Source of the DNA: an uncultured Anaerolineaceae bacterium
GTDB lineage: Bacteria > Chloroflexota > Limnocylindria > Limnocylindrales > CSP1-4
Direction: 5' to 3'
Length of the DNA stretch: 64,000 nucleotides
Assembly: GCA_964427285.1 (NCBI GenBank)
Contig: CAYRTS010000008.1
Span: 7,469-71,468, forward strand
Made by a program: the position numbers and the translations under genes. The notes under the pieces were generated by a model, which saw only the letters and a program-made list of their open reading frames with translations, ran no database searches and was not told the DNA's origin. Below are positions 29,792-39,753 of the stretch, one piece after another. The number at the start of each line of letters is the position of its first letter. The first letter of the stretch is position 1.

Positions 29792-30124
29792 TCATCGGTC
29801 GCCCACGACGGGATACGGGGTCGTCCCCGTCCGGGATGCCTTGTCAAGCTTGGCCAGCATCGCCCGGTAGCCGCCTTCGCCATGGTTGAGCCACGACGCG
29901 ATCCTGGTGATCGTGGCGGTGCTGGCACCGGTCCGCCGCGATATGTCCGCATAGTGCAGGCCGGCATCGAGGAGACGAACGACCGCCCAACGTTGAGCCA
30001 TGTCCCGGAGTTCTGTCAACGTACACAGGTCGCGGAAGAACCGTTCAGTCTCGGCGGTCTCCTCGAGTCGGACGACCGCCTCCAGGAGTGCCTCGACATC
30101 TGGCGTCCGCCAGTCGTCAGCCAT
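29792..30124 (-). CDS. TrpR-like YerC/YecD-family DNA-binding protein (candidate histidine regulator HisR)
   Basis: 110 aa. FFRDLCTLTELRDMAQRWAVVRLLDAGLHYADISRRTGASTATITRIASWL is the YerC/YecD (Trp-repressor-like) signature. It is the first gene of the hisG-D-C-B-H-F-IE transcription unit, 16 nt upstream of hisG. Confidence 0.75.
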   Translation of the reverse strand: MADDWRTPDVEALLEAVVRLEETAETERFFRDLCTLTELRDMAQRWAVVRLLDAGLHYADISRRTGASTATITRIASWLNHGEGGYRAMLAKLDKASRTGTTPYPVVGDR

Positions 30125-30167
30125 CAGCCACCGCCAGTCTGTCCGCGTCGATATCCAAGTAACATAG

Positions 30168-30192
30168 TAGCATGCTAATACGTTAGCATGTT
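30168..30192. promoter_or_regulatory. Candidate operator: overlapping palindromes TAGCATGCTA and CATGCTAA-tacg-TTAGCATG in the yerC-like/hisA divergent spacer
   Basis: Perfect 8-bp inverted repeat at 30171-30178 / 30183-30190. Perfect 10-bp palindrome at 30168-30177. The element ends 4 nt before the hisA ATG (30196). Confidence 0.5.
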
Positions 30193-30195
30193 GCC

Positions 30196-30972
30196 ATGAG
30201 CGAAGCAAGCCCCTTCCAGGTCCTTCCCGCCATCGACCTGCGGAATGGCCGCGTCGTCCGACTGCGCCAGGGCGACTTCGATCGGGAGACGGCGTACGGC
30301 GATGATCCCGTCGAGGTCGCTCGCCGGTTTGCCGATGCGGGTGCCCGCTGGCTTCATGTCGTCGATCTTGACGGCGCGCGGAGCGGTGACCCTGTACACG
30401 CTGCGGTCATCGGCGCGATCGTTGCGGGGGTCGGTGGCCGGTGCAATGTGGAGGTGGCCGGCGGTCTGCGGGACGAGGCAGCGGTGGCCCTCGCCCTCGG
30501 ATCCGGAGCAGCAAGGGTCACCGTCGGGACGGCGGCGCTGCGCGATCCTGACTTTGCTGGTCGCCTCGTCGCGATCCATGGCGCCGATCGTGTCGCGGTG
30601 GCCATCGATGTTCGTGATGGTCGCGCGGTCGGGCACGGTTGGGCAGCCACCGACGATGGGATCGACGCTGCGACCGCCATCCTGCTCCTGGCCGAAGCCG
30701 GCGTGACGACCTTCGAAGTTACGGCGATTGAGCGCGACGGACTTCTCAATGGGCCCGATCTGCCCCTTTACGAACGACTCGTTGGCCGCGACCTGGGCTC
30801 GATCATTTCGTCGGGCGGGATCGCATCGCTGGACGACCTGCGGGCAGTCCGGGACATTGGCTGTGCGGGTGCGATCGTCGGACGAGCTCTCTATGAAGGC
30901 CAGTTCACCGTCGAGCGGGCGCTGCTGATCGCGTCCGAGCAGACCGAACGGCACCGGCGACCCATGGTGTGA
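30196..30972 (+). CDS. hisA: ProFAR isomerase (HisA, possibly PriA-like)
   Basis: VLPAIDLRNGRVVRLRQGDF...GAARVTVGTAAL...SGGIASLDDL. Transcribed divergently from the rest of the his genes. Confidence 0.9.
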   Translation: MSEASPFQVLPAIDLRNGRVVRLRQGDFDRETAYGDDPVEVARRFADAGARWLHVVDLDGARSGDPVHAAVIGAIVAGVGGRCNVEVAGGLRDEAAVALALGSGAARVTVGTAALRDPDFAGRLVAIHGADRVAVAIDVRDGRAVGHGWAATDDGIDAATAILLLAEAGVTTFEVTAIERDGLLNGPDLPLYERLVGRDLGSIISSGGIASLDDLRAVRDIGCAGAIVGRALYEGQFTVERALLIASEQTERHRRPMV

Positions 30973-31154
30973 CAGTCACGCCTGGCTGCTGAGACTGACC
31001 GGGTGCGCGTGTGAGACGCAAAATTGGGATTTCTCAGCGTGGACCGTGCCCTGAACGTGCAGAATCCGTCGAAACTCACGGGTGGCCGCGCTCAGGTGTC
31101 GCGGTTGTGCGTCTGGGAGGCGCGCGAATGGTCAGCGGCCAGGCGCAGGTGCCC

Positions 31155-31192
31155 ATGCAACCGGTCGCGTGCCGATGCAACCGGTCGCGTGC
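31155..31192. repeat. Direct repeat 2 x 18 bp (atgcaaccggtcgcgtgc), 20-bp period
   Basis: Copies at 31155-31172 and 31175-31192. Each contains a near-palindrome GCAACCGGTCGC centred on ACCGGT. Lies in the convergent hisA / EF-G-like spacer. Confidence 0.7.
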
Positions 31193-31235
31193 TCGCCCAG
31201 CCGCGCGCTCGCCACGCCCCGCCGCGGCTCCCGCC

Positions 31236-33332
31236 TCAGTGGCCAGCCACGTGGCCGCCGGCCGCCTCGATCTCCTTGCGGTGAGTCTCGATCACCTTCT
31301 CGGCGATGTGACCCGGCACGTCGTCATAGTGGTCCATCGTCATCGTGAACGAACCGCGGCCCTGAGCCAGCGACCGCAGTTCGATCGCGTAGCTGCCCAT
31401 CTCGGCCAGCGGCACGTGCGCGCTGATCACCTGCATCGAGCCATCCGTGTCCATCCCGAGGACGCGGCCACGCCGACCGTTGAGGTCCCGGTTGATCTCG
31501 CCCATGTAGGGCTCGGGGACGCGGATCTCGACCGCCATGATCGGCTCCAGGAGCGCCGGCTTGGCATGCTGGACGCCATCCTTCAAGGCCATGGACGCGG
31601 CAATCTTGAACGCCATTTCGTTGGAGTCGACCGCGTGGAACGACCCGTCGTAGAGCGTCGCTCGGAAGTCGGACAGGGGATAGCCGGCGAGGACGCCGCC
31701 CTCGGCCGCCTCCCGGATGCCCTTCTCGACGCCGGCGAAGAAGCCCTTTGGGACGGAGCCACCCACGATGCGCTCCGCGAACTCGACCCCGCCGTCCGGG
31801 TTCGGCTCCAGTTCCAGCCAGACGTCGCCAAACATCCCATGCCCGCCGGTCTGCTTCTTGTAGCGACCGTGGACCTGGGTCTTGCCGCGGATCGTCTCCT
31901 TGTACGGGACCCGGGGCGCGTGGGTCACGATGGCGGCCCCGAACTTGCGCTTGAGCCGTTCGATGATGACCGCGGTGTGCGCCTCGCCCATGGTCCGCAG
32001 GGTCTGCTCGCCGGTCGCGCTGCGCTCGAGGCGAACGGTAGGCTCTTCCTCGAGCATCCGCGCGAGCGCCGGACCCATCTTGTCGAGGTCGCCCTTGCTC
32101 TGGGGTTCGATGGCCAGCACCAATGATGGCGCTGGGAACGCCAGGGGCGGCAATGTCAACGGCTTGTCACGCAGCCCCAGGGTGTCGCCGGTCTCGGTCA
32201 CGCTCAGCTTGGCCACGGCTCCGATCTCGCCGGCCTTCAGTTCACCGATCGGCTCCTGTTCCTTGCCATGCAGCAGCAACAACTGGCCGATCCGCTCGTC
32301 CTCACCGCGAACGGCATTCCACACATGCGCCTGGGAATGCAATGTCCCCGACAGGACTCGAAGGTAGGTCAAGCGCCCGACGAACGGGTCCGCCGTGGTC
32401 TTGAAGACGCGCGTGAGGAGCGGTCCCGACTCGTCCGCGGATACGGCGACCGTCAACCCGGCCTTGTCCGTCGTCGCCACCGGGGCTTCGTCAGCCGGCG
32501 ACGGCAGATACCGGACGAACGCATCCAGCAGCGCCCGCAGCCCGATTCCCCTGGTCGCGCTCCCAACGAGGACCGGCGCCAGGATCGAATCCTTGACGCC
32601 CTTGCGCAGGCACGCCTCGAGCTCCGGATCACTGATCTCCTCGCCCTCGAGGTACTTGGTCAGAACGTCGTCGTCTGCTTCCGCGGCCGCCTCAAGGAGC
32701 TGATCCCGACGTCTCGCCACTTCCGCGGCGAGCGCCTCCGGGATCGGGATCTCGACCTCCTTGCCGCCCTCGGATCGCCAAGCCTTTCGATGGACCAGGT
32801 CAACATAGCCCTCGAAGGTGTCCGCCGCACCGATGGCCAACTGGAGCGGGGCGATCTTGTCGCCGAATGTCGCCCGCAACGCATCCAGGGCGGCCGTCGG
32901 ATCGGCATTCTCGCGATCGCACTTGTTGATAAAGAAACACGCCGCGGTGCCGGTCGATCGTCCCAGCGCCACGGCGTGTTCGAGGCCCGCCTCCACCCCG
33001 CCGGAGGCATCCATTACGAATAGCGCCCCGTCGGCTGCAGCGAACCCTTCGATCACATCGGCGATGAAATCAGGGTAGCCGGGCGTGTCGACCAGCGAGA
33101 TTCGCGTCCCGTCTGCCTCGAATGTCCCGACGGCCAGGCTCAGCGATGCCTTGCGCTTCTGCTCCTCGGGCTCGAAGTCCAGATGGGCGGTCCCATCATC
33201 CACCCGCCCCAGGCGCGAGATCGCTCCGGCCCTGAACAGCAGCTGCTCAGCCAGCGTCGTCTTGCCCGACCCGGCGTGGCCCGCCAGGACCACGCTGCGA
33301 AGATGCGGGAGGTCGACATTCTTCATCGTCAT
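31236..33332 (-). CDS. Elongation factor G paralogue (EF-G2-like translational GTPase)
   Basis: G1 AGHAGSGKTT, G3 DTPGYPDF, G4 NKCD. EF-G domains II-V are recognisable. 698 aa. Confidence 0.85.
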   Translation of the reverse strand: MTMKNVDLPHLRSVVLAGHAGSGKTTLAEQLLFRAGAISRLGRVDDGTAHLDFEPEEQKRKASLSLAVGTFEADGTRISLVDTPGYPDFIADVIEGFAAADGALFVMDASGGVEAGLEHAVALGRSTGTAACFFINKCDRENADPTAALDALRATFGDKIAPLQLAIGAADTFEGYVDLVHRKAWRSEGGKEVEIPIPEALAAEVARRRDQLLEAAAEADDDVLTKYLEGEEISDPELEACLRKGVKDSILAPVLVGSATRGIGLRALLDAFVRYLPSPADEAPVATTDKAGLTVAVSADESGPLLTRVFKTTADPFVGRLTYLRVLSGTLHSQAHVWNAVRGEDERIGQLLLLHGKEQEPIGELKAGEIGAVAKLSVTETGDTLGLRDKPLTLPPLAFPAPSLVLAIEPQSKGDLDKMGPALARMLEEEPTVRLERSATGEQTLRTMGEAHTAVIIERLKRKFGAAIVTHAPRVPYKETIRGKTQVHGRYKKQTGGHGMFGDVWLELEPNPDGGVEFAERIVGGSVPKGFFAGVEKGIREAAEGGVLAGYPLSDFRATLYDGSFHAVDSNEMAFKIAASMALKDGVQHAKPALLEPIMAVEIRVPEPYMGEINRDLNGRRGRVLGMDTDGSMQVISAHVPLAEMGSYAIELRSLAQGRGSFTMTMDHYDDVPGHIAEKVIETHRKEIEAAGGHVAGH

Positions 33333-33406
33333 CGGTTCGTCGGTCCTTCCTGGTGATTGGGGGACTCGGGACGTCCGTGGTGTGGGGTTGGGCCATGATA
33401 GTCGGC

Positions 33407-33412
33407 TATACT
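33407..33412 (+). promoter_or_regulatory. -10-like TATACT box exactly 10 nt upstream of the yebC-family ATG (possible leaderless mRNA)
   Basis: TATACT at 33407-33412, ATG at 33423, no SD sequence in between. Confidence 0.3.
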
Positions 33413-33422
33413 CCGGCCCGCG

Positions 33423-34175
33423 ATGTCAGGTCACTCAAAATGGTCAACCATCAAGCGTGCCAAGGGCATTACGGACGCCAGGCGCGGAGCCCTGTTCACC
33501 AAGGTCGCTCGGGAGATCTCGGTGGCGGCCCGGCAGGGGGGCGGGGACCCGGACGCCAACTACCGGTTGCGCTTGGCGATCGAGAAGGCACGCTCGGTCA
33601 ACATGCCGGCGGACAACATCAAGCGGACCATCGACAAGGCGACGGGTGGCGGCGACGCCGAGCAGTACGAAGAGATCGTCTACGAGGGCTATGGCCCGGG
33701 CGGGATCGCGATCCTCGTCGAGGCGCAGACCGACAACCGCAATCGAACGGCGGGCGAGGTCCGCTCCATCTTCACCAAGGCCGGTGGCCAGCTGGCGGGT
33801 TCCGGCGCCGTCGCCTGGCAGTTCGAGCCGCGCGGCCTGATCTCCGTAGCGCGCCGCGGAGTGGACGCCGATGAGGTCGCGCTGAACGCGATCGACGCTG
33901 GCGCGGAGGACGTGATCACCGACGACGAGGAGATGATCGAGATCTATACGTCCCCCGGAAGCCTCGATGCGGTCCGCCGGGCGCTCGAAGCGGCGGGTGT
34001 TGCCACTGAATCCGCCGAATCGACGATGGTCGCCCGGCAGACCGTGGAGCTGGATTCGTCGCGCGCGCGCCAGGCACTCCGGCTCGTTGAGTTGCTCGAG
34101 GACCTGGACGACGTCCAGCGGGTGACGGCCAACTTCGACATCCCGGAGGATGTCTTCGCCGAGGTTGCCGGGTGA
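33423..34175 (+). CDS. YebC/PmpR-family transcriptional regulator
   Basis: MSGHSKWSTIKRAKG...; classical position upstream of ruvC. Confidence 0.9.
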   Translation: MSGHSKWSTIKRAKGITDARRGALFTKVAREISVAARQGGGDPDANYRLRLAIEKARSVNMPADNIKRTIDKATGGGDAEQYEEIVYEGYGPGGIAILVEAQTDNRNRTAGEVRSIFTKAGGQLAGSGAVAWQFEPRGLISVARRGVDADEVALNAIDAGAEDVITDDEEMIEIYTSPGSLDAVRRALEAAGVATESAESTMVARQTVELDSSRARQALRLVELLEDLDDVQRVTANFDIPEDVFAEVAG

Positions 34176-34777
34176 TCGTCCTGGGCATCGACCCCGGGAC
34201 CGCGGCACTGGGCTACGGGATCGTCGAGCGAACAGGCGAGCGGCTGCGCGAGATCGACCACGGCTGCCTGACCACCAGCCCGGATCTCACGCTGCCGGAG
34301 CGCCTCCTCGCGATCCATGCCCTCGTCGATGAGCTATTGGGGCTCCATCGGCCGCAGCTGGTCGCGGTCGAGCGGCTCTTCTTCTCGCGGAATGTCCAGA
34401 CGGCACTGGCGGTTGGGCAGGCGCGCGGCGTGGTCCTGCTGGCTGCGGCGCAACACCGGACGCCGGTCCGCGAAGCTACCCCCAATGCGGTCAAGAACGC
34501 CATCACCGGGTACGGCGCGGCCGACAAGGAGCAGGTCGGGCGAATGGTTCAGCTGGTCCTCGGGATGTCGGCGCTGCCCCGTCCTGACGACGCCGCCGAC
34601 GCCCTCGCGATCGCCACCTGGGCAGCCAATTCGGAACGGATCGGGGCCGCGCTTGTCACCGCGGGCGTGCTGGACCGGGCGGCCGTCGCGCCGATCACTC
34701 GCGGCGCAACCGGCTACGAGCGTGCTGTGCAGGCGGCGCTCGCCGGTGAGCGGGCCGACCGGCGGGGCGCGTCATAG
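34172..34777 (+). CDS. ruvC: Holliday junction resolvase RuvC
   Basis: MIVLGIDPGTAALGYGIVE...; 4-nt overlap with the yebC-family gene. Confidence 0.95.
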   Translation: MIVLGIDPGTAALGYGIVERTGERLREIDHGCLTTSPDLTLPERLLAIHALVDELLGLHRPQLVAVERLFFSRNVQTALAVGQARGVVLLAAAQHRTPVREATPNAVKNAITGYGAADKEQVGRMVQLVLGMSALPRPDDAADALAIATWAANSERIGAALVTAGVLDRAAVAPITRGATGYERAVQAALAGERADRRGAS

Positions 34778-34779
34778 GC

Positions 34780-35376
34780 GTGATCGCCTCGCTCGAGGGA
34801 GTTGTCGCAGCGGTCGCCACGGATTCGGTGGTGATCGAAGTGAACGGGATCGGCTACCGCGTCTTTGTCGGGCCAGCCGTCGTCGCGAGCGCCCTGCCGG
34901 GCGGTCGGCTCAAGCTCCACACCTACCATCTCGTGCGCGAGGACGTGCTGGCGCTGTACGGGTTTCGCAACGTCGAGGAACTGGGCTTCTTCAACCTCCT
35001 GCTGACGGTCACCGGTGTTGGGCCCAAGGTCGCTCTGGCGATCGTGGGCAGCAGACCGACCCCGGACCTCCAGCTCGCGATCATGGCCCAGGATCAGGCA
35101 GTCCTGGTCAGCATCCCCGGGATCGGCAGGAAGCTCGCCGAGCGGGTGATCTTCGAGCTGAAGGAGAAGGTAGCCGCCGCCGGCGTCGCGGTCGGGGGCA
35201 GTGGGGCGATCGGGGCCACCGCCGGCGAAAGCGAGATCGTCGCCGCGCTCCAGGCGCTCGGCTATTCGCTGGCCGAGGCTCGGGAGGCGTCGCGGGCTGC
35301 CCTGCTCGACGTCGGTGTGGCATCGACGCTCGAGGAGCGGGTCAAGGCGGCCCTGCGGAGTCTGCTCCGGGAGTAA
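34780..35376 (+). CDS. ruvA: Holliday junction branch-migration protein RuvA
   Basis: MIASLEGVV...GIGYRV..., HhH motifs (VTGVGPKVALAI, IPGIGRKLAERV). Confidence 0.95.
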   Translation: MIASLEGVVAAVATDSVVIEVNGIGYRVFVGPAVVASALPGGRLKLHTYHLVREDVLALYGFRNVEELGFFNLLLTVTGVGPKVALAIVGSRPTPDLQLAIMAQDQAVLVSIPGIGRKLAERVIFELKEKVAAAGVAVGGSGAIGATAGESEIVAALQALGYSLAEAREASRAALLDVGVASTLEERVKAALRSLLRE

Positions 35377-35478
35377 CCCGCTGAGGGAAACGCGGCCGTA
35401 GGCACGGTCCGGAACCGCGCCCGGGATCGTCCGGTCGCGCGGCCCTCGCCCGGCCGACCCACGATGCGCAGGTCCGGC

Positions 35479-37080
35479 TCAGATGATCCGGCGCTGCTTG
35501 ATCCGGCCGGCGTCCGCGGCGAACGGGCCTCCCCCTCGGGCATACGCCACGATCATCGGCTGCATTGCCCCAGGAAACTCACCGACCGAAGACCGGTAGT
35601 CGATGTTCAACCGGAACAATCCGTCGCGGAACTGATCGCTGACCTTGGCGAGCCAGGCGTCATCGACGCCATCGAGCTCCTCGAGTTCGAGGGTGATGGC
35701 CGGTCGGGGCGTCCCAGTCTCGTCGTCGATCACAGACAACACGAACGAATGGACGCGGCGTGCCAGGGACGCGTCCCGATACAGAATGGTCTCGACATCC
35801 TCGGGATAGATGTTGGCGCCCATGACGCTGATCGTCGCGTCCCTCCGGCCGTGGATCCACAGGAACGGCAGCGGGATCGGGCGTGCCCACGGAAGGGGGC
35901 CTCTTGGTCCGTGGGCCTCCGGCGTCTCGCCCAATCGGTCCAGATCGAAGCCGAGGTTGCGCAGCCGGCTGCGGGCGGTGGCGAACTCGACGAGCCCCCC
36001 GGAATCGTGAACGTTGTACCGAATTCTCGGCGAAAGCAGGTCCAGCCGGCTGACCGTGCACACCACTTCGCCGTAGGAATTGACCTCCAGGTAGTGGATG
36101 AGCGGGTTGTACTGAAAGACCATCGGCAATCGTGGGTCGTCCTCGCCGAACAGCACGCGCCGGACTTCGGGGTTGGCTCGGGCCAGACGACGCATGGCGA
36201 TGCTGACGGGCGATTCACCGGCCATCCCGATCTCGATATCAGTCGCGCCGTACCCGGAGTACACCGAATCGAACCGGATCAACAGGTGATCGCGCAGTTC
36301 CTCGCTCATGCCCTCGCCTCCCACCAGGGCATGGACCTCGTAGTCGGCCCACGGGAAGTCCGCTCGCTCAGCCTCGTCCAGCAGGTGCTTCAGGAATGGC
36401 GGATAGCCAGAGATCAGGAATCGGTACGTCGGCCCGAGATAGCGCAGGGTGGAGAGGATCTTGTCGATGTCCGGCCCGATCGACTTGACGATCCCGTGAC
36501 GCATCATCCCGAGGCTCATGTTGAACCCGGCAGCCCAGGCGCCCATCGAAAAGGCATTGAGCGTGACGAGCGGTCCACTCCCGAACGAGTAGCGGGCGAA
36601 GAACCCGATATTGCGATGGGCCACGCCACGCTCGTGGCTACCCCGGATCCAGTTGTACGGCGTCCCGGTCGAGCCACTCGACTCGTCGATCGTGGTGCCC
36701 GGAAACGGGACGGCGCCGCCGATGCATCGATCCAGCAGCGCATACCGATCGACGTAGCTGTGCTTGTCGGTCTCCGGAAGGTGCCGAAGGATGTCGAGCG
36801 GGAAGAGCCCAGCGGCATCTACCCCGGAGTCCGTCAAGTAGCGTCGGTAGGCGGGAACGCGTCTCGCGGCCTGCCATGCGGCTCGTTCCGCCCTGAGTTG
36901 AGCGACCACGCGGAGCAGACGCGGTGGTGTCCAGCTGAACAGGGTCTTGAGCCAGCCATAGCGCAGTCCCACCGTCCGGAACAACAGGTCAAGCGGTAGG
37001 AGCCAGATGCCGCGCCCAAGTCCGACAAAGGTGGCTCCCAGCGCGCGGAACCCTCGCTTGAAACGGCGGACGACAGGCAT
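35479..37080 (-). CDS. PaaK/F390-synthetase-like adenylate-forming enzyme with hydrophobic N-terminal segment
   Basis: AMP-binding P-loop-like DESSGSTGTPYNW, GYGATD, and C-terminal GANIYPEDVE, as in phenylacetate-CoA ligase-type enzymes. The ATG at 37080 is preceded by GGAGGA. The ORF-track start at 37401 adds an Arg-rich, non-coding-looking extension. Confidence 0.6.
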   Translation of the reverse strand: MPVVRRFKRGFRALGATFVGLGRGIWLLPLDLLFRTVGLRYGWLKTLFSWTPPRLLRVVAQLRAERAAWQAARRVPAYRRYLTDSGVDAAGLFPLDILRHLPETDKHSYVDRYALLDRCIGGAVPFPGTTIDESSGSTGTPYNWIRGSHERGVAHRNIGFFARYSFGSGPLVTLNAFSMGAWAAGFNMSLGMMRHGIVKSIGPDIDKILSTLRYLGPTYRFLISGYPPFLKHLLDEAERADFPWADYEVHALVGGEGMSEELRDHLLIRFDSVYSGYGATDIEIGMAGESPVSIAMRRLARANPEVRRVLFGEDDPRLPMVFQYNPLIHYLEVNSYGEVVCTVSRLDLLSPRIRYNVHDSGGLVEFATARSRLRNLGFDLDRLGETPEAHGPRGPLPWARPIPLPFLWIHGRRDATISVMGANIYPEDVETILYRDASLARRVHSFVLSVIDDETGTPRPAITLELEELDGVDDAWLAKVSDQFRDGLFRLNIDYRSSVGEFPGAMQPMIVAYARGGGPFAADAGRIKQRRII

Positions 37081-37417
37081 TGCCGGGGATCCTAGTCCTC
37101 CGCGACTGTCGAGGGATCCAGGCCGCACAGCGGGAGTAGGCCGAGTTCCCTGCAGGCGCCCGGGAGTGCCCTTGATGCGAGCCCGGGAGTGCCCTGGTGC
37201 GCGCCCAGTATTCTCAACTGGCACTTGAGCGAACCACATCGATGCCTCGTGGCTCACGACCCAGCCGACAATGAGGCGCCGCGACCAAGCACGTTCGTGC
37301 CGGCATCTCAACTGGGAATGGATCGACACGCCGGCGATGCTCGGCCGCGACGAGCGTGGCGCCAGCACAAGTGAACATCCGTGCGATATAGGCCCTCGCA
37401 TGTTAAACTGTCATCTG

Positions 37418-38509
37418 ATGGTCGACGACGTCGCGCACATCCTATCGGCGGACCTGGTGGATGACGCCGACCTCGTCATCGAGGGCACCCTTCGGCCCCG
37501 GACGCTGAACGAATACATCGGCCAACGCGAGGTCAAGGCCAACCTGTCGGTTTTGCTGACGGCGGCTCGGATGAGGGGCGAGGCGGCGGATCATGTGCTG
37601 CTGTACGGGCCGCCCGGACTTGGCAAAACCACCCTGGCCACGATCATCGCGCATGAACTCGGCGTCAACGTCAAGTACGCATCTGGGCCCGCGATTGAGC
37701 GTGCCGGGGATCTCGCGGCCATCCTCACCTCGCTTGAGGAACGCGACGTCCTGTTCATTGACGAGATCCATCGCCTGAACCGGGCCGTGGAAGAGATCCT
37801 CTACCCGGCAATGGAGGACTACGCGCTGGACGTGATGATCGGCAAGGGGCCCTCGGCCCGGAGCCTGCGCCTGAGCCTGAAGCCGTTCACGATCGTCGGC
37901 GCCACGACCCGGGCGGGCAGGATCAGTTCGCCGTTGCGGGACCGCTTTGGTGCCACGTATCGGCTCGACTTCTACTCGGAGCCGGAGCTCGCAGCCATCG
38001 TCGATCGGTCGGCGGCCATCCTCGGCGTGGCGATCGAGCCGGCCGCGACCCGTGCGATTGCGCGCCGCGGCCGGGGGACGCCGCGAATCGTGAACCGGCT
38101 CCTCAAACGGGTCCGCGACCATGCCCAGGTCCATGGCGACGGCAAGGTCGACGAATCGACGGCGACCGCGGCCATGCGCGCGATGGAGATCGACGACGAG
38201 GGCCTCGACTCGACTGATCGGAAGCTCCTGGCCGCCATCGTTCAGAAGTTCGCATCGGGTCCGGTCGGCGTGGCCGCCCTTGCCGCCGTCCTGTCCGAGG
38301 AGACCGAGACGATCGAGGACGTCTATGAACCGTTCCTGCTGCGGCTCGGCTTCATCGACCGCACGCCGTCCGGGCGGATTGCGACGGATCTGGCCCGAGC
38401 CCATCTATCGGGGCTCGGCTACGAGATTCCGCCGCCGAGGCGCGCGGAGCCGGGCCTGCCCAGCCTGTGGGACGATCCCGCCCCGGAGCCACCCGCGACG
38501 GACGCATGA
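37418..38509 (+). CDS. ruvB: Holliday junction ATP-dependent DNA helicase RuvB
   Basis: [14 protein letters not shown] Walker A, DEIHRL Walker B, RGTPRI sensor. Start could be ATG 37418 or 37400. Confidence 0.95.
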   Translation: MVDDVAHILSADLVDDADLVIEGTLRPRTLNEYIGQREVKANLSVLLTAARMRGEAADHVLLYGPPGLGKTTLATIIAHELGVNVKYASGPAIERAGDLAAILTSLEERDVLFIDEIHRLNRAVEEILYPAMEDYALDVMIGKGPSARSLRLSLKPFTIVGATTRAGRISSPLRDRFGATYRLDFYSEPELAAIVDRSAAILGVAIEPAATRAIARRGRGTPRIVNRLLKRVRDHAQVHGDGKVDESTATAAMRAMEIDDEGLDSTDRKLLAAIVQKFASGPVGVAALAAVLSEETETIEDVYEPFLLRLGFIDRTPSGRIATDLARAHLSGLGYEIPPPRRAEPGLPSLWDDPAPEPPATDA

Positions 38510-39711
38510 GCGGCCCCACCATCGAGCGGGCGGAGCTTGACCAGGCGGCGCGTGCCCAGGCGGCGCGGTTCGAAGTCACGGTGCCGCCGCCGGCCGATGG
38601 GTCGACCCGGGCGCGGCTCGGCGAATTGCACCTCGCCCACGGGACGGTGCACACGCCCCAGTTCATGCCCGTGGGGACCAACGCCACGGTCAAGGCACTC
38701 AGCCCAGCTGACGTCCGCGACGCGGGTGCCACGATCATCCTGTCGAACACCTACCACCTCTATCTGCGACCCGGCCATGAGCGGATCGCGCGGCTGGGCG
38801 GCCTGCATCGGTTCATGGACTGGGACCGACCGATCCTCACCGATTCGGGCGGCTTCCAGGTCGTGTCGCTCGGGGATCTGCGGGTCGTGGACGAACACGG
38901 GGTCACGTTCCGCAGTCACCTCGACGGGTCCACCCACACGTTCACGCCGGAGCTGGCCATCGCCGTCCAGGAGTCGCTCGGGTCGGACATCGCGGTGGCC
39001 TTCGACCAACCGGTCTATCCGAGTTCACCACGGGCCGTGGTTGCCGACGCTACGGCTCGAACCCACCGCTGGGCAGAGCGGTGCCTGGCCGCCCACCAGC
39101 GCACTGACCAGGCCCTCTTCGGGATCGTCCAGGGTGGCCTGGATCCCGTCCTCCGAGCCGAATCCACGCGATTCATCGCGGCCATGCCGTTCGACGGGAT
39201 CTGCCTGGGCGGGCTCGCCGGCGACGAAACGCCGGACCAGCGCAATGAGACCCTCGACATCGCCGTCCCGCTCCTCGACGGAGACCTGCGACCACGCTAC
39301 CTGATGGGACTGGGTTCCCCGGCGGACCTGCTCGAGGCCGTCCACCGCGGCATCGACCTGTTCGACTCAGTGCTGCCTGCCCGCGTCGCGCGTAACGGCC
39401 AGTTGTGGATCCCGGGCGGCCGGCTCAACATCCGCAACCAGCGGTTCCTGGACGACCCGGCGCCGGTCCAGGCAGATTGCCCGTGTCTCCTGTGTCGAGG
39501 CTTCTCGCGGGCCTATCTCGCCCACCTGTTCCGGGCAAAGGAACTGCTCGCGTACCGCCTGGCAACTTGTCACAACCTCACCTTCACCCTAGACTTCATG
39601 GTCAGGATCCGAGCCGCCATTCGAGCCGGAACCTTCCCCGCCGAGATGGCCCAGTTGCGAGTCCGCGCGGGCCGGGTAAGTGGCGGTGAAGGCGCTGCAA
39701 AGTCGGCGTGA
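38506..39711 (+). CDS. tgt: Queuine tRNA-ribosyltransferase
   Basis: [19 protein letters not shown], zinc motif CPCLLC..H. ATGA overlap with the ruvB stop. Confidence 0.95.
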   Translation: MSGPTIERAELDQAARAQAARFEVTVPPPADGSTRARLGELHLAHGTVHTPQFMPVGTNATVKALSPADVRDAGATIILSNTYHLYLRPGHERIARLGGLHRFMDWDRPILTDSGGFQVVSLGDLRVVDEHGVTFRSHLDGSTHTFTPELAIAVQESLGSDIAVAFDQPVYPSSPRAVVADATARTHRWAERCLAAHQRTDQALFGIVQGGLDPVLRAESTRFIAAMPFDGICLGGLAGDETPDQRNETLDIAVPLLDGDLRPRYLMGLGSPADLLEAVHRGIDLFDSVLPARVARNGQLWIPGGRLNIRNQRFLDDPAPVQADCPCLLCRGFSRAYLAHLFRAKELLAYRLATCHNLTFTLDFMVRIRAAIRAGTFPAEMAQLRVRAGRVSGGEGAAKSA

Positions 39712-39753
39712 AGCGTCGGTCGGTAACCTTCAGCGAGACGCGGAGGCACAACG

